From positions 10,345,601 through 10,409,600 of the forward strand of contig JAHRHZ010000217.1 in assembly GCA_024137785.1 (NCBI GenBank): a DNA stretch of 64,000 nt. Reading direction: 5' to 3'. Made by a program: the position numbers and the translations under genes. The stretch's first letter is position 1, and every line of letters begins with the position of its first letter. This document shows, piece by piece, positions 1 to 10,810 of the stretch. The notes beneath the pieces were generated by a model that was not told the DNA's origin, searched no databases, and saw only the letters and a list, made by a program, of their open reading frames with translations. Source of the stretch: Ginglymostoma cirratum (taxonomy: Eukaryota).

Positions 1-1859
1 TTTTCCAGGCTGGCCCACATTGCAGTCCCTCCGTTTTATCAAACTGGAAGGAGGGACCTCCAACCAATTTACGACTTGGTCATAAATTCTGTTCTTGCCA
101 GCGACGCCTATATCGCGAGGACGAAGAACCCATTTGTTGGCGTCATCTTGCTGATGAGTTGAGTGTGCACACTGCTCGTTTCTAGGTTTCCCGTTCCTGC
201 CAGTTCTGTCTCAGAAATACTTTCATAGTAGTTCCATTACATTGCAGAGCCTGAAAACTCCGTCTTGTCCAGAAAGACAGAATGTTTAGGACTGCACTCA
301 TAACTGAACAATATCAAAACATAAAGTATGCTTAAAAAACCGATAGGATACGCCGAAGTAATGTCCCAATGATCTCAGCATGGAAAAATGATTTTCTACT
401 TATAGAATTCAATTCTAAAAATAGTAATTTCTCTCAAAGTATACTACCAGAGAATAACCAAGGGTTAAGGTTGAAATTCGCAACTCCGTCTTATGTAGAA
501 AAATAAAAGTCTCGGATATGCTGCCCTTTCTTTCCATTCAGGTGGAGTTTTTTAAAAATAATTTTTCTAATAACAAGATTGCACCTTTCTGTAAAGTATT
601 GACAGCGAGTTGTCTGGATGGGATTCACTAGAGACATGTCAAATCCTTGGCACTCTGCCAAGCCGGTTAGCGGCAGAAATGACCTCTCCTCACATGCTGC
701 CCTCAGCAAGACTGTGAATCATTCATATAGACAAACGAATTTTATTTTTGGAACGATTGGCAAGCCTGTAACCAGTATCATTGTGGACTTTGGTTAGAAA
801 CATTCACAGTATCCTTCTGAAATTTGACTTATCACTGTTCCGACCAAATTCCACAACCAAGTTACAATTTAGCCAAAGGCGGGCCGGCAACACGTGGTCA
901 AGTATGCAGTCAATTTCCTTCAGGTCAGTCCTGGATACATTCATTAAATTGCGCTATTTTACTGTAGCCAGTAAATTTCTCCCATTCGTCATTTGGAACG
1001 TGATAAGTTTGTTTAACATGCATTTTGCATTACTTTGTTACAAGATTAATTCTAACCAAAATATTAGTCGAGCATTGCGCGTGCAAAGTTATTTTTGGAT
1101 GAATTGCTTTATCATATTTCGTATTTTAATTAGCCATACAAGCATTGGTTATACGTTGAGCATCTCAATACAATGGCTGGATTTCCCATAATATTACGAT
1201 TTTGATTCGTTTCGTTGTATACAGTTCTCAGCGTTTTGGGGCATGGAATGGTAGAACTGATGAAACTTAAAACAACAAGTCATGTTGGAAACACGTTTCA
1301 ATTCGTGGTGTGAGCATTCTTTAACAGTTTTGAGTAAGTTTCCTGTTCTTTCCGCCTTGCCTCCATTAATGAATCCTATCATTAAATGATAGGACTCCGT
1401 TAGTTGATAAATATTTCTGGTTTGATATCCAGCATTACCATTGTTCTAAAATTCCGTAATTTAAACAGTGCCATTTTGTGGAATAGTGCTCAACCTGTGT
1501 ATATGTTGTTTTTTTTACAAAATAACATAAACTTCATATACGACTATATTTTAAATTATTAGTTTAATCTAGTAGCTCTTTTTAAAAAAGAAATCACAAC
1601 AGCGAGAGAGAGTGTAATTGTAAAGTCAGGCTGTTTTACGTTGAAAATAAGACTGCAGTTCAGAAACTTCTGCTGAAATCAGGAGTAATTTCTGTTAATG
1701 AAGGGAAAGGGCATATTTCTGGAACACCGATTGTGAAGACGTGACCCCAAACAACGTAGACATTGCAGAATTATTATTCATCAAGAGAAACTTGCAACTT
1801 CGTGAACATTTCAATATAAATTATCGTTGCAGCATTGTACCGTGTTGCGTTTTTGGCCA

Positions 1860-2300
1860 AGGGATCTAAATGAGAATCATTCATTTATGACAAGTTTTAC
1901 ACGAGGGGCAGGATGAGGGGGTTTATCATCAGAAGCTCCCCCAACTTGCCAAACAAGGATCCGGAGTCAGCCCGTTGGCATTTGCTCAATCTCTCAGAGA
2001 TCTCTCTGGTCAGGTTTCCTCCAAGCAACATTTTAACAACATGTAAATGGGTCAAACGAAATGCCCAGCTCCTGATCACTCCACAAACAACCGGAGAAGC
2101 GGCACCGAATACCGAGCTGACAAGCTGCTCTCTTAGCCCTGGCTCAGCATTAGGGAGGTTTCCGGGACTGTCCCGCTGTGATGTATTTGGAAATCTTGGG
2201 CGGCTTTAGTGTGTCAGCTGATAAATAAAAGCAAATTAGGCAGTGGCCATTTCTTAATTTTCGATGCCGTTGCCTTGAATTTCGCGTCTACTTACCCGAT
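1860..2300. promoter_or_regulatory. Candidate cis-regulatory element inside a CpG-retaining region
   Basis: Repeat-free and rich in CpG relative to the rest of the window. Contains TGTCAGCTGATAAAT (TALE half-site, E-box, GATA) and AATTA motifs. Inference from composition only. Confidence 0.35.
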
Positions 2301-2382
2301 CAATACCAAGAGAGAAGCAAAAGTCAAAGATTTACCCCACTAAAAAGAGTTAAACGCCCTTTAGACCTTTTTTTTTCATAAA

Positions 2383-2510
2383 AACGGAAAACAGGGAATG
2401 CTGGGGAAACTCAGCCAGTCTGGCAAGCATCTGGAGAGAGAGAAAACAAAGTTAACATTTCCAGTCCAGAAGGTTCTGAAGAAGGGTCACTCGATTCGAA
2501 ACGTTAACTA
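2383..2510. mobile_element. Penelope-like terminal fragment (family A) with short inversion and hammerhead core on + strand
   Basis: Matches the copies at 5681, 32571 and 62300 (tgctgg..aaactcagc..gtctggcagcatc..gttaac). Core CTGAAGA-A-GGGTC-actc-GATTC-GAAA-CG-TT starts at 2476. Confidence 0.7.
2472..2509 (+). ncRNA. Minimal type-I hammerhead ribozyme motif
   Basis: GGUU-CUGAAGA-A-GGGUC-ACUC-GAUUC-GAAA-CG-UU-AACU. Stem II has 5 pairs including 2 G-U, stem I is GGUU/AACU, and palindromic ACGU replaces stem III. Confidence 0.6.
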
Positions 2511-2820
2511 AACAGATGTTATGTTTGTGTTTATTTTAGAGCATCTTCCATGTCGCTGGGAGATAGTTTGCCCCGCGCCTGGCCACTGAATTTACAGCAG
2601 AAACGCCTGAAGTTCTCCCTCCAAGGCTCGACCGAACACTGAAGGATACAACAGGATGGAGAGGAAGGCAGAAACTAGAAAGCAATTCTAGAAACACTCG
2701 GCATACGAGACAGCACCTGGCAACAAAGGCAAGAGAATATTTCATTCAAACAGTGAGGAGACATTGTCACCATCTGGGACGGTTCATGATATGTTATGCA
2801 GTCTGTGACGTTGGACATAA

Positions 2821-3125
2821 AGGAGGCGATGGTATTACCACTGGACTGTTAATCCAGAGACCCACCAAATGTTCTGAGGACCCGCGTTCAAATCCCGCCA
2901 ACACAGATAGTGGAATTTGAAGTCAATGAACATCTGGAATTAAGAGTCTAATGATGACCACGAATGGGTTGCTGGAGGAAAAACCCATATAGTTCATTAA
3001 TGCCCTTCATGGAAGGAAGCGGCCGTTCTCACCTGGACTGCGCGTGACTCCAAACTCACAGCAATGTGGTTGACTCTTAGCATTCCCCTGGACAAGAGGT
3101 GCCTTCATCCAACGAATAAAAAAAA
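2821..3125 (+). mobile_element. tRNA-derived SINE (family B)
   Basis: B-box-like GTTCAAATCCC. Body (ctggaattaagagtctaatgatgacca...gcaatgtggttgactctta) is shared with copies at 6933, 7437, 32262 and 56772. A-rich end. Confidence 0.8.
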
Positions 3126-3756
3126 GACACAGAATATTTGGGGCACCTTCTCACATTCAGCTATCCATTGAACATAATCCACAACGATGAAATATAAGGT
3201 TTGATAAAATAATCCATTTCAAACACAGAGTAACTATAGTGTCGGGACCCACACCCAGTAACTCCAGGAGAGGATTGGAAACAACAGAGAAATACATGAA
3301 GAAACAGGCCCTTCAACATATTGCCTTGTTTCTATCTCTGATGTTCCACTTTATTTTTGAGATATTATAGTTAAAAGAAAACTCCTACTGGACAGGAGAC
3401 CATTCAACCCACTGTACCTGTACTAGCTTTCAAAAGAGCTACCCAGCTCATCCCATTCTCCAGCTGTATCTCCATAGCCTGCTAAATTGATCACTTTCAA
3501 ATACATATATAGCTCGCTTATGAAATCTCATGCAAAATCTCCCTCTACAACTCTCCCAGACTGTGCATTCCAAATCCTAACAACATTCTCCCTAAAGGAG
3601 TTTCTCCTCATCTCTCTCTGAGCTCTCTGGCTGACAGTCTTGAAATTGTGACCCCTAGTTACTGAATTGTCAACTGGTGGAAATGGAATATCCCTCTTTA
3701 CCCTGTCAAAATTTTTCATAATTTTGAACCCCTTAATAAGGTTACCACTTGGTCTT

Positions 3757-3971
3757 GGAGATAAAAAGTACTGCAGATGCTGGAGAATCCGAGATAACAA
3801 GCATGGGGCTGGATGAACACAGCAGGTCAAGCAGCATCATAGGAGCAGGAAAACTTGACGTTTCGGGCCTAAACCCTTCATCAGAAAAAGGGTTTAGGCC
3901 CGAAACGTCAAGTTTTCCTGCTCCTATGATGCTGCTTGACCTGCTGTGTTCATCCAGCCCCATGCTTGTTA
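3757..3971. mobile_element. Palindromic Penelope-like terminal insertion with 16-bp direct repeat (TSD)
   Basis: Perfect 84-bp inverted repeat (3795-3878 / 3888-3971) with 9-nt spacer CATCAGAAA. GTTACCACTTGGTCTT occurs at 3741-3756 and 3968-3983. Confidence 0.9.
3853..3888 (-). ncRNA. Minimal type-I hammerhead ribozyme motif
   Basis: Minus strand reads UUUU-CUGAUGA-A-GGGU-UUAG-GCCC-GAAA-CG-UC-AAGU. Core is intact with a GUC triplet; stem I is weak (2-3 pairs). Confidence 0.65.
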
Positions 3972-4759
3972 CCACTTGGTCTTCTCTGCTTCAGGGAGAA
4001 TAAGCCCTATTTCTCTAATCTTTCCATTTTTCTAAAATCCCTCAATCCTGGTATCATTGCAGTAAATCTCCTTTGCACCCTCCCCAGGGATTTAACATCC
4101 TTTCTGAAATAAAGTGCCCAGAGCTGAACATAACACTCCAAATGTGGTCTGACCAATGATTTGTACAAGTGTAGCATCAATTCTTTGCTTTTATACTCTA
4201 TGCCTCCATTTATAAACCCAAGGATCCTGTAAGGCTTCTGAACAATTGTTTGAAATTGACTGAACCCAGATTCCCTCTGCTCCTGTACTTCCCTTAAATT
4301 TGTACTATTGAGCCTCTATTGTCTCTCCGTGTTTCTTTTACCAAAATGCATTACCTCACTTTTCTCTGTACTGAAATTCATTTGCCAGGTGTTAGCCCAT
4401 ACGGTCAACTTGCTAATGTCCCTCTGAAGTCGCTTAGCACCATTCTTACATTCACTATTCCTTCTAGCTTAGTATCATATACAAATTTAGAGATTTTGCC
4501 TTAAAACCACATCTCTAAATGATTTATATAAATCAGAAAAAGCAAGAGTCCCACACCAATTCCTGGGGAACAATTCTAACTCATTTCCAATCTGTGAAAT
4601 GCCCATCTATATCTACTCTCTGTTTCCTATCTTTTTGTCAACTTCTATTCCATGCTGCTAATGACCCAACAATCCCAAACATTTCTAATTTACTAAACAA
4701 TCTGCAATGTGGCACTGTATCAAATCAAAATAGACTTAATCATCATTCTTCAAAAGGAC

Positions 4760-4960
4760 TAGTGCAAAGTGCTGTGGATGCTGGAAATTTGAAACAAGAA
4801 CAAAAATAAGTGGTAAAACCTTCAACAGTTCAAGCAACAAAAAAACAAGGAAATCAAAAACAAGGTTAAAACAGGGTTAAAGTTTTAACTGGATGACCTT
4901 TGATGAGAACTGGTTTCTGTTTTTCTCCACAGTTGCTGCCTGGCTTGGCTAGTCTAGAAT
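4760..4960. mobile_element. Highly decayed Penelope-like terminal element with partial inversion
   Basis: gtgctgtggatgctggaaatttgaaacaagaacaaaa...gttaaagtttt...gatgacctttgatgagaactgg, followed by inverted ttttctccacagttgctgcctgg. Confidence 0.5.
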
Positions 4961-5522
4961 TGCAGTTTGGAAAAGACTGAAGACAGGTCTAGGAGAACAA
5001 GGAACCATGTCATAATCACATATGATATCATTTGTGACTCAATGCAAAGATGTAAAAGTTAATGCCTGATCATTTTATCAACAATTTTATATTAGTACTT
5101 GCAAACATGTATGTTTACAATCACAGGTGTGCACATGGATTGTATAAGTGATATTCAGTATTGTGACTCATAACATGTAAGGGCTCCATACCAAGCATTA
5201 ACTCGGGGCCCCTGCAAAGCAAACAGTTTTCCAGGGGACAGGAGTGCATTAGCTGATCTTAATTATGAATATTTCTATTTTGGCTCATTACTCCTTTACA
5301 AAACTTAAACTGTGATTAAAATTCCAAAATCAGACGCAACTTTTATTCAACAATTTAATTACGTCCACATTTTTGTGACAATAATTCCGAAAGAAAGATA
5401 TGTTATGAAGTTGATTTATTTAGTCTCTACATCAATTTTAAAATACAGTTAAAGCAATTCACTGTGGCCAAATGTCAGATTTATTTTTAATGCAATATTT
5501 TTGGTTTGCAGTAATAATTTAT

Positions 5523-5582
5523 GGGGTTGAATTTCCATGGTGGGTTTCTGCAGGCCTTCCATTTTTAAGGAAATTCAATCCT
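5523..5582. repeat. Mini inverted-repeat element (MITE-like relic)
   Basis: GGGTTGAATTTCC (5524-5536) and GGAAATTCAATCC (5569-5581) are 12/13 complementary. Confidence 0.45.
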
Positions 5583-5680
5583 TGGTGTGATCATTAATTA
5601 TGCAAATAATGGAGAATTCAGCTCTGTTGTCCAATTCTGGATAGATGTAATAAGACATAAATCCAACAAATAAATTTAGT

Positions 5681-5821
5681 AAAAACCAAAAGAACTGCAG
5701 ATGCTGTAAATCAGGAACAAAAACAAAGTGCTGGAAAAGCTCAGCAGGCCCGGCAGCATCTGTGAAGGAGAAAACAGAGTTAACGTTTTGGGTCCAGTGA
5801 CCCTTCCACAGAAATCAGAAC
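5681..5821 (-). mobile_element. Penelope-like terminal fragment (family A) with 10-bp TSD and mutated hammerhead core
   Basis: TAAATTTAGT at 5671-5680 and 5822-5831. Minus strand reads CTGTGGA-A-GGGTC-actg-GACCC-AAAA-CG-TT-AACT, with two core substitutions. Confidence 0.85.
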
Positions 5822-5914
5822 TAAATTTAGTCACTATTTCTATAAACAATATTGAAAAGTTAATTTAGTAAGGTACTCTTATGTTAATATTATATAATAA
5901 TTGATTTCAGCAAT

Positions 5915-7430
5915 ACCAACCCTTGTATTTAAATGGCACATTTAACATGGTAATACATCCCAAGCTACTTAACAAGGAAGAAATCAACATTTCATTTCTG
6001 TAGCACCATAACAATGAAGGAATGAAGAACGATGACAAAAACCTTATTCAAAGAGTTAAATTTTTAAGAGTTTCTTAGAAGAGGAGAAAGTGAGACTTGC
6101 TGGTTTAGGAAATGAATTCCAGAATCAGATAGCTGAAAGTAAGATCCACAATGATGGAGTAGTTAAAATCAGGAATGTATAAGCAGTCAGAGTCGGATGA
6201 GCCTGGAGATCATGAAGATTTGTCCGTTTGGAGGAGTGTACTGAGATGGGGAGGGTAAGGTCAAGGAGGATTTGGAAAGCAAAGAAAACAATTTTATAAT
6301 TAAGCCATTCTTGGAAAGGATGCCAGTGCAAGTCAGCCAGCATAGGCTTGATAGGTGAATTAAATATTGAACAAGTTAAGATGAAGGCAGCAGAGTTTGG
6401 ATGAGCTTAGGCTGGGCGCAAGCTGGAAGGCCAGCTCATAGAAGTGTAGAATAGTTAAATCTAGGAGCAACAAAATCATGGATGAGGATTTAATCAGCAG
6501 ATGAGTTTAAGGAAGAGTAAGAGTTGACCAATGTTGCAGAGATGAAATTACGCATTCTTGTTAATGAAGGGACTGTAGTGTCTAAACTCAACCTAGAGTC
6601 CACAACCACTGAATGTTTGCTCAACTTCAGATTGTTACCAGACGTGGAAATTAGAAGCAGGGAGCTTGGCTGGGGACCAGAAAAACTGCTTCGGTCCCAT
6701 CCAAGAAAGGATGTCAAACAAACAGTGTGACAAGTATAAGATAGTTGAAGGATCCAAGGAGGCAGTGGTGTGATAGCACTGAGTATCATTGACATAGAAG
6801 TGGAACCTGATGCATTTTCAGACAATATCACTGAGGGGTAGTGTCTCAATGTGAAATACCAGAAATAGATCCTTGGGGAAGTTTACAGTTAACAACATGG
6901 GAATGAAGCCATTGTTTGCAATTCTCTTTTCCTTTTATTCATTCATGGGATGAGGGCATCACTGGCTAGGCCAGCATTTATTGCCCACCCTTAGTTGCCC
7001 AAAAGGCAGTGGTTTTGAAGTCACATGTAGTCGAGACTGCGTAAGAATGGCAATTTCCTTCCCTAAAGGTCATCAGTGAACCAAATTTTTTTTTCCTCTC
7101 CTGACAACAGGCAATGGCTCCATGGTCATCATTAGACCCTTAATTCCAGATTTTTATTGAATTCAAATTCCACTGCCCTCTGTGGCAGGATTTGAACCTG
7201 GGTCCCCAAACCATTCCCTGGGTAATGTTTTGATCATAATACCCCTAGGCCATCACCTCCACTACCAGCTACTGTTTAACAGATAAGAGTGGAACCAAGC
7301 TAGCGTAGTTCCACTCACCTGGATGACCAAGGAAATACATTGGATGAGAAGGATTCTTTGAACTCTATTGAAAGTTGTCAAGTAAGTCGAGAAGGAAAAT
7401 TTTTCAAAATAACAGCCACAGTCACCAATG
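5915..7430 (-). mobile_element. L2 LINE 3' fragment, interrupted by the SINE at 6933-7260
   Basis: Peptide LADLHWHPFQEWLNYKIVFFAFQILLDL matches the L2 LHWLP...FKIL C-terminal motif. L2-type tail near 5915-5970. Confidence 0.75.
6933..7260 (-). mobile_element. tRNA-derived SINE (family B)
   Basis: Reverse-complement match to 7437-7758, including the tail ggcaataaatgctggcctagccagtgatgccc. Confidence 0.85.
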
Positions 7431-7436
7431 AAAGCA

Positions 7437-7758
7437 GAGGAGGTGGTTTAGTGGTATTATCAATAGTATATTAATCCAGAGATACCAAAAATTTCTAGGA
7501 ACCCGGGTTCAAATCCCATCCATGACAAAAGGCAACAAAAATCTGGAAATAAGTGTCTGACGATCATGAAGTCGTTGCTAATTGTTGGAGGAAAATCATA
7601 TTTAGTTCACTAATGTCCGTTAGGGAAGGACACTGGTGTCCTTACCTGGTCTGGCCTACATGTGACTCCAGGTAGCTGCCCTCTGGGCAACTAGGGATAG
7701 GCAATAAATGCTGGCCTGGCCAGTGATACCCATATATTGTGAGTAGATTTTTAAAAAA
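7437..7758 (+). mobile_element. tRNA-derived SINE (family B)
   Basis: A-box-like tggtttagtgg, B-box GGTTCAAATCCC, and a 3' tail shared with the LINE at 9053-9851. Confidence 0.85.
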
Positions 7759-7769
7759 GCAACTCTTTT

Positions 7770-8140
7770 TCAATGGCTGTGTGAATGTATTCACTCTATT
7801 ACACTGTCTAGGAAGTTCCCAGGTTAAAATCCTGGCTGAGGTTGCACTGAAGCCCAATGAAAGGCCTCAATAACCATGTGTGAGAGAGAATGGAGGAAAT
7901 GATCAAAATGTGTTCCTTATTGAATGGTTATCTGGCATTTTCTGGTGGTTATACATTCATAACTGTTGTGGTGAGGGTAGGGATGGACTTCACATTTGAC
8001 ATCTTTGAATTAAATTGGCAACCAGTCATTATAGTTCAGGATTGCTTACTCTAGCCTTTTGAGAAAAGTACAGGAGGATGACTATGACCCATGCAACTAT
8101 ACCTGAAAAATAATTCAATTACTTCATTAGAAAAGAGCAA
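7770..8140 (+). mobile_element. Ancient decayed SINE, LF-SINE-like
   Basis: Head aggaagttcccaggttaaaatcctggctgagg resembles the LF-SINE head as recalled. Similar relics near 18085-18160, 19430-19745 and 20430-20500. Confidence 0.35.
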
Positions 8141-8419
8141 ATTGGTGAGGGATAGACACTGCAATAATAACTCACTAATTAAACCTGAGATATATGTACA
8201 GTATACAAACACAATTTGATCATTGATATTTATTTACTTTCGTACATCTGACGATTGTCTAACAAATTATTCTAATGTAGTGCTTTAGTAGGCAGCAACT
8301 CTCAGTTTCTGTAGAGCCTTTCAACAGGCACTTCATGTTTATTGGGAACTGCCAGTGTTCATCTGAAGAAGCTAAATTGTTTGGGTCCCAGTTGTCAATG
8401 CACTTATTTTTTTTTTGTT

Positions 8420-8935
8420 TGCCAGATTTAGATGCTGCTGTTGGAATGGATTTATCACCAACTTCAGGTGCCCTTAAGAAGGTAGTGGTGGTCATCAACT
8501 TGAAACTTTGTAGTCCATGTGGTGAAGGTGCTCCCATAATGCTATAAGGCAGGGAGTTTTGATGGTGTTCATCCAGTGGTGGTGAAGGAGCAATGATGTA
8601 AGTATATTTCGGGACGGTAAGTGACTTAGGTGATTGGAGGAAGATATATGGGAGATGTCAGAGGTAGATTCTTTACACAGAGAGTGGTGGGTGTGTGGAA
8701 TGTGCTGCCGGCAGTGGTAATGGAGTCAGGCACATTAGGGACATTCAAGCAACTCTTGGACAAGCACATGGATAATAGTAAAATGTAGGGTATGCAGGGT
8801 AGTTTGATCTTAGAGTAGGATAATAGGTTGGCACAACATCGTGGGCCAAGGGGCCTGTACTGTGCTGTACTGTTCTATGTTCTAGAACTTGATGGTTGTG
8901 TTCTTCCCATGCAACAGATACCTTTGTCCTTCTAG
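8420..8935 (-). mobile_element. CR1/L2-group LINE (family C) 3' fragment, interrupted by a CR1
   Basis: Reverse-complement similarity to 9570-9800. Confidence 0.6.
8630..8884 (+). mobile_element. CR1 (HER1-like) 3' end
   Basis: ttctttacacagagagtggtgggtgtgtggaat...gggcctgtactgtgctgtactgttctatgttcta tail. Confidence 0.85.
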
Positions 8936-9052
8936 TTTTTGTCGTATTCACTCTTGGGATGTTGGCATCACTGGCTGGGTCTGCATTTATTGCCCATTGC
9001 TGATTGGTCTTGAGAAGGCAATAGTTGGTAGGCTGCTTCTTGAACTGTTGCA

Positions 9053-9851
9053 ATGCTGACATGTGGCAAGCAACATTTGCACCACACAAATGCCAGGCAA
9101 TGACCATCACCAATAAGAGACAATCTAACCACCACACCTTGACATTCAATAGTGTTACCATCCCTGAATCCACCACTATTAACATCCTGGGGGTTATCAT
9201 TGACCAGAAGCTCAACTGGACTCACCACGTAAACACAATGGCTATAAGAGCAGGCCAGATGCTAGGAATACTGCGGCAAGTAACTCACCTCCTGACTCCT
9301 CTAAGCCTGTTCGCCATCGACAAAGCACAAGTCAGGAGTGTGATGGAATACTCCACGCTTGCCTGGATGAGTGCAGCCCCAATAATACTCAAGAAGCTTG
9401 ATATCACCCTGGACAAGACAGCCCGCTTGATTAGCACTACATCCATAAGCATTCACTCCTTCCACCACCAACGCTCAGTAGTAGCAGTGTGTACTACCTA
9501 CAAGATGCACTGCAGAAATTCATCAAAGATCCTCAGACAGCACCTTCCAAACCCATAACCACTTCTGTCTAGAAGGATAAGGGCATCAGACATATGGGAA
9601 CACCACCACCTCCAAATTTCCCTCCAAGTCACTAATCATCCTGACTTGGAAATATATTGCCGTTCCTTCACTGTCGCTGGGTCACAATCCTGGAATTCCC
9701 TCCCTAATAGCATTGTGGGTCAAGGCACAGCAGGAGGACTGCAGCGGTTCAAGAAGACAGCTCACCACCATCTTCTCGAGGGCAAATAGAGATGGGGAAG
9801 AAATGTTTGCCAGCCAGTGACACCCACATCCCACAAATGAATAGAAAAAAA
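9053..9851 (+). mobile_element. CR1/L2-group LINE (family C), end of ORF2 plus 3'UTR
   Basis: Open frame WQATFAPHKCQAMTI...ILGVIIDQKLNWTHHV...KAQVRSVMEYS..AW is post-RT LINE sequence. Related copies at 41945, 55955, 44233 and 52445. Confidence 0.9.
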
Positions 9852-9869
9852 TAATCCATTTGGTGTAGA

Positions 9870-10810
9870 TAGATGCAAAATGCTGTTGGAGAGGGAGTTC
9901 CAGGATCTTGACCCAACGATACTGAATAAACAGTGATATTTTCCAGGTAAGGATGGTGAGTAGCTTGGACTGGGACTTAGAGATTATGTTCTTATTATCT
10001 GTTACTCTTATCCTCCTGTATGGTAGTGATCATGGGCTTTAAAGTTGATGTCTCAGGGGAATTGGTGAATTTCAGCTTCTTGTAGACAGTACACACTGCT
10101 GATACTAAATGTTTGTGCAAGTGTTACTGATTAATTGTGTTGCTTATAATTAAATGGTATCAAGCTTCTTGTTTATTGTTGGAGTTACGCTCATTCAGGC
10201 ATTTAAGGAGTATTCCATCACTGTCCTGTCTTGTGCTTTGTAATTGGCAGATAGGCTTTGGGGAGGGAGGTCACAAGGTGAGTTACCTGCAGCTAGACTT
10301 TTAGTCTCTGGCCTGCTCCTGTAGCTAAAGCATTTGGGAATGGATTGGTTCAGTTTCTGAGGATTTATGAATAGCGCTGAACACTGTACAATTATCAGCA
10401 AATATCCCCACTTCTGACCTAATGATGGATGGAAAGTTATTGATAAAGACGCTGTTGATGGTTGGGCGGGGACACTACTCTGAGGAACTCCTGCAGAGTT
10501 GGCCTGGAGCTCAGATGATTAATTTCTAACCATCACAACTATCTTCTCTGTGCCAGGTATGATGCCAATAAAGTTTTTCTCTCCCTGATTCCTATTAACT
10601 GCAGTTTTGCAATAACTCCTAGATGCCACACTCTGTCGGTGCATTCTTGATGTCAAGGACAGTCGCTCTCATCTCACCTTAGCTCTTTTGTCCTCATTTG
10701 GACCAAGGTTATAATGAGATCAGGACCTGAGTAGCCTTGACAGAACTCAAACTGGGCATCTGTGAGCAGATTTTTGCTAGGCAAGTGGTGCCTGATATCA
10801 TTGTTGATGT
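9870..10810 (-). mobile_element. CR1/L2-group LINE (family C), older decayed copy
   Basis: Minus peptide LSANYKAQDRTVMEYSLNA aligns to KAQVRSVMEYSTLA of the adjacent copy. Confidence 0.75.

Larger units (their letters stand above)
3380..4720 (-). mobile_element. CR1 LINE 3' fragment (decayed ORF2 end and 3'UTR), interrupted at 3757-3971
   Basis: Minus-strand peptide GNLIKGFKIMKNFDRV...TRGHNFK...REMRRNSFRENVVRIWN is a typical CR1 ORF2 C-terminus. Confidence 0.85.

Noticed and set aside
25-57. Inverted repeat GTCCCTCC...GGAGGGAC
   Set aside because: An 8-bp stem with a 17-nt loop and no second copy; compatible with chance.
2540-2727. Possible exon between tttattttAG and AAG/GCAAGA
   Set aside because: The donor is non-canonical, the peptide is unrecognisable, and there is no transcript evidence.
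3742-4003. Two opposite-strand ORFs with near-identical peptides (TSMGLDEHSRSSSIIGAGKLDVSGLNP...)
   Set aside because: A by-product of the perfect DNA palindrome. The same applies to ORFs 32428-32697 and 32604-32813.
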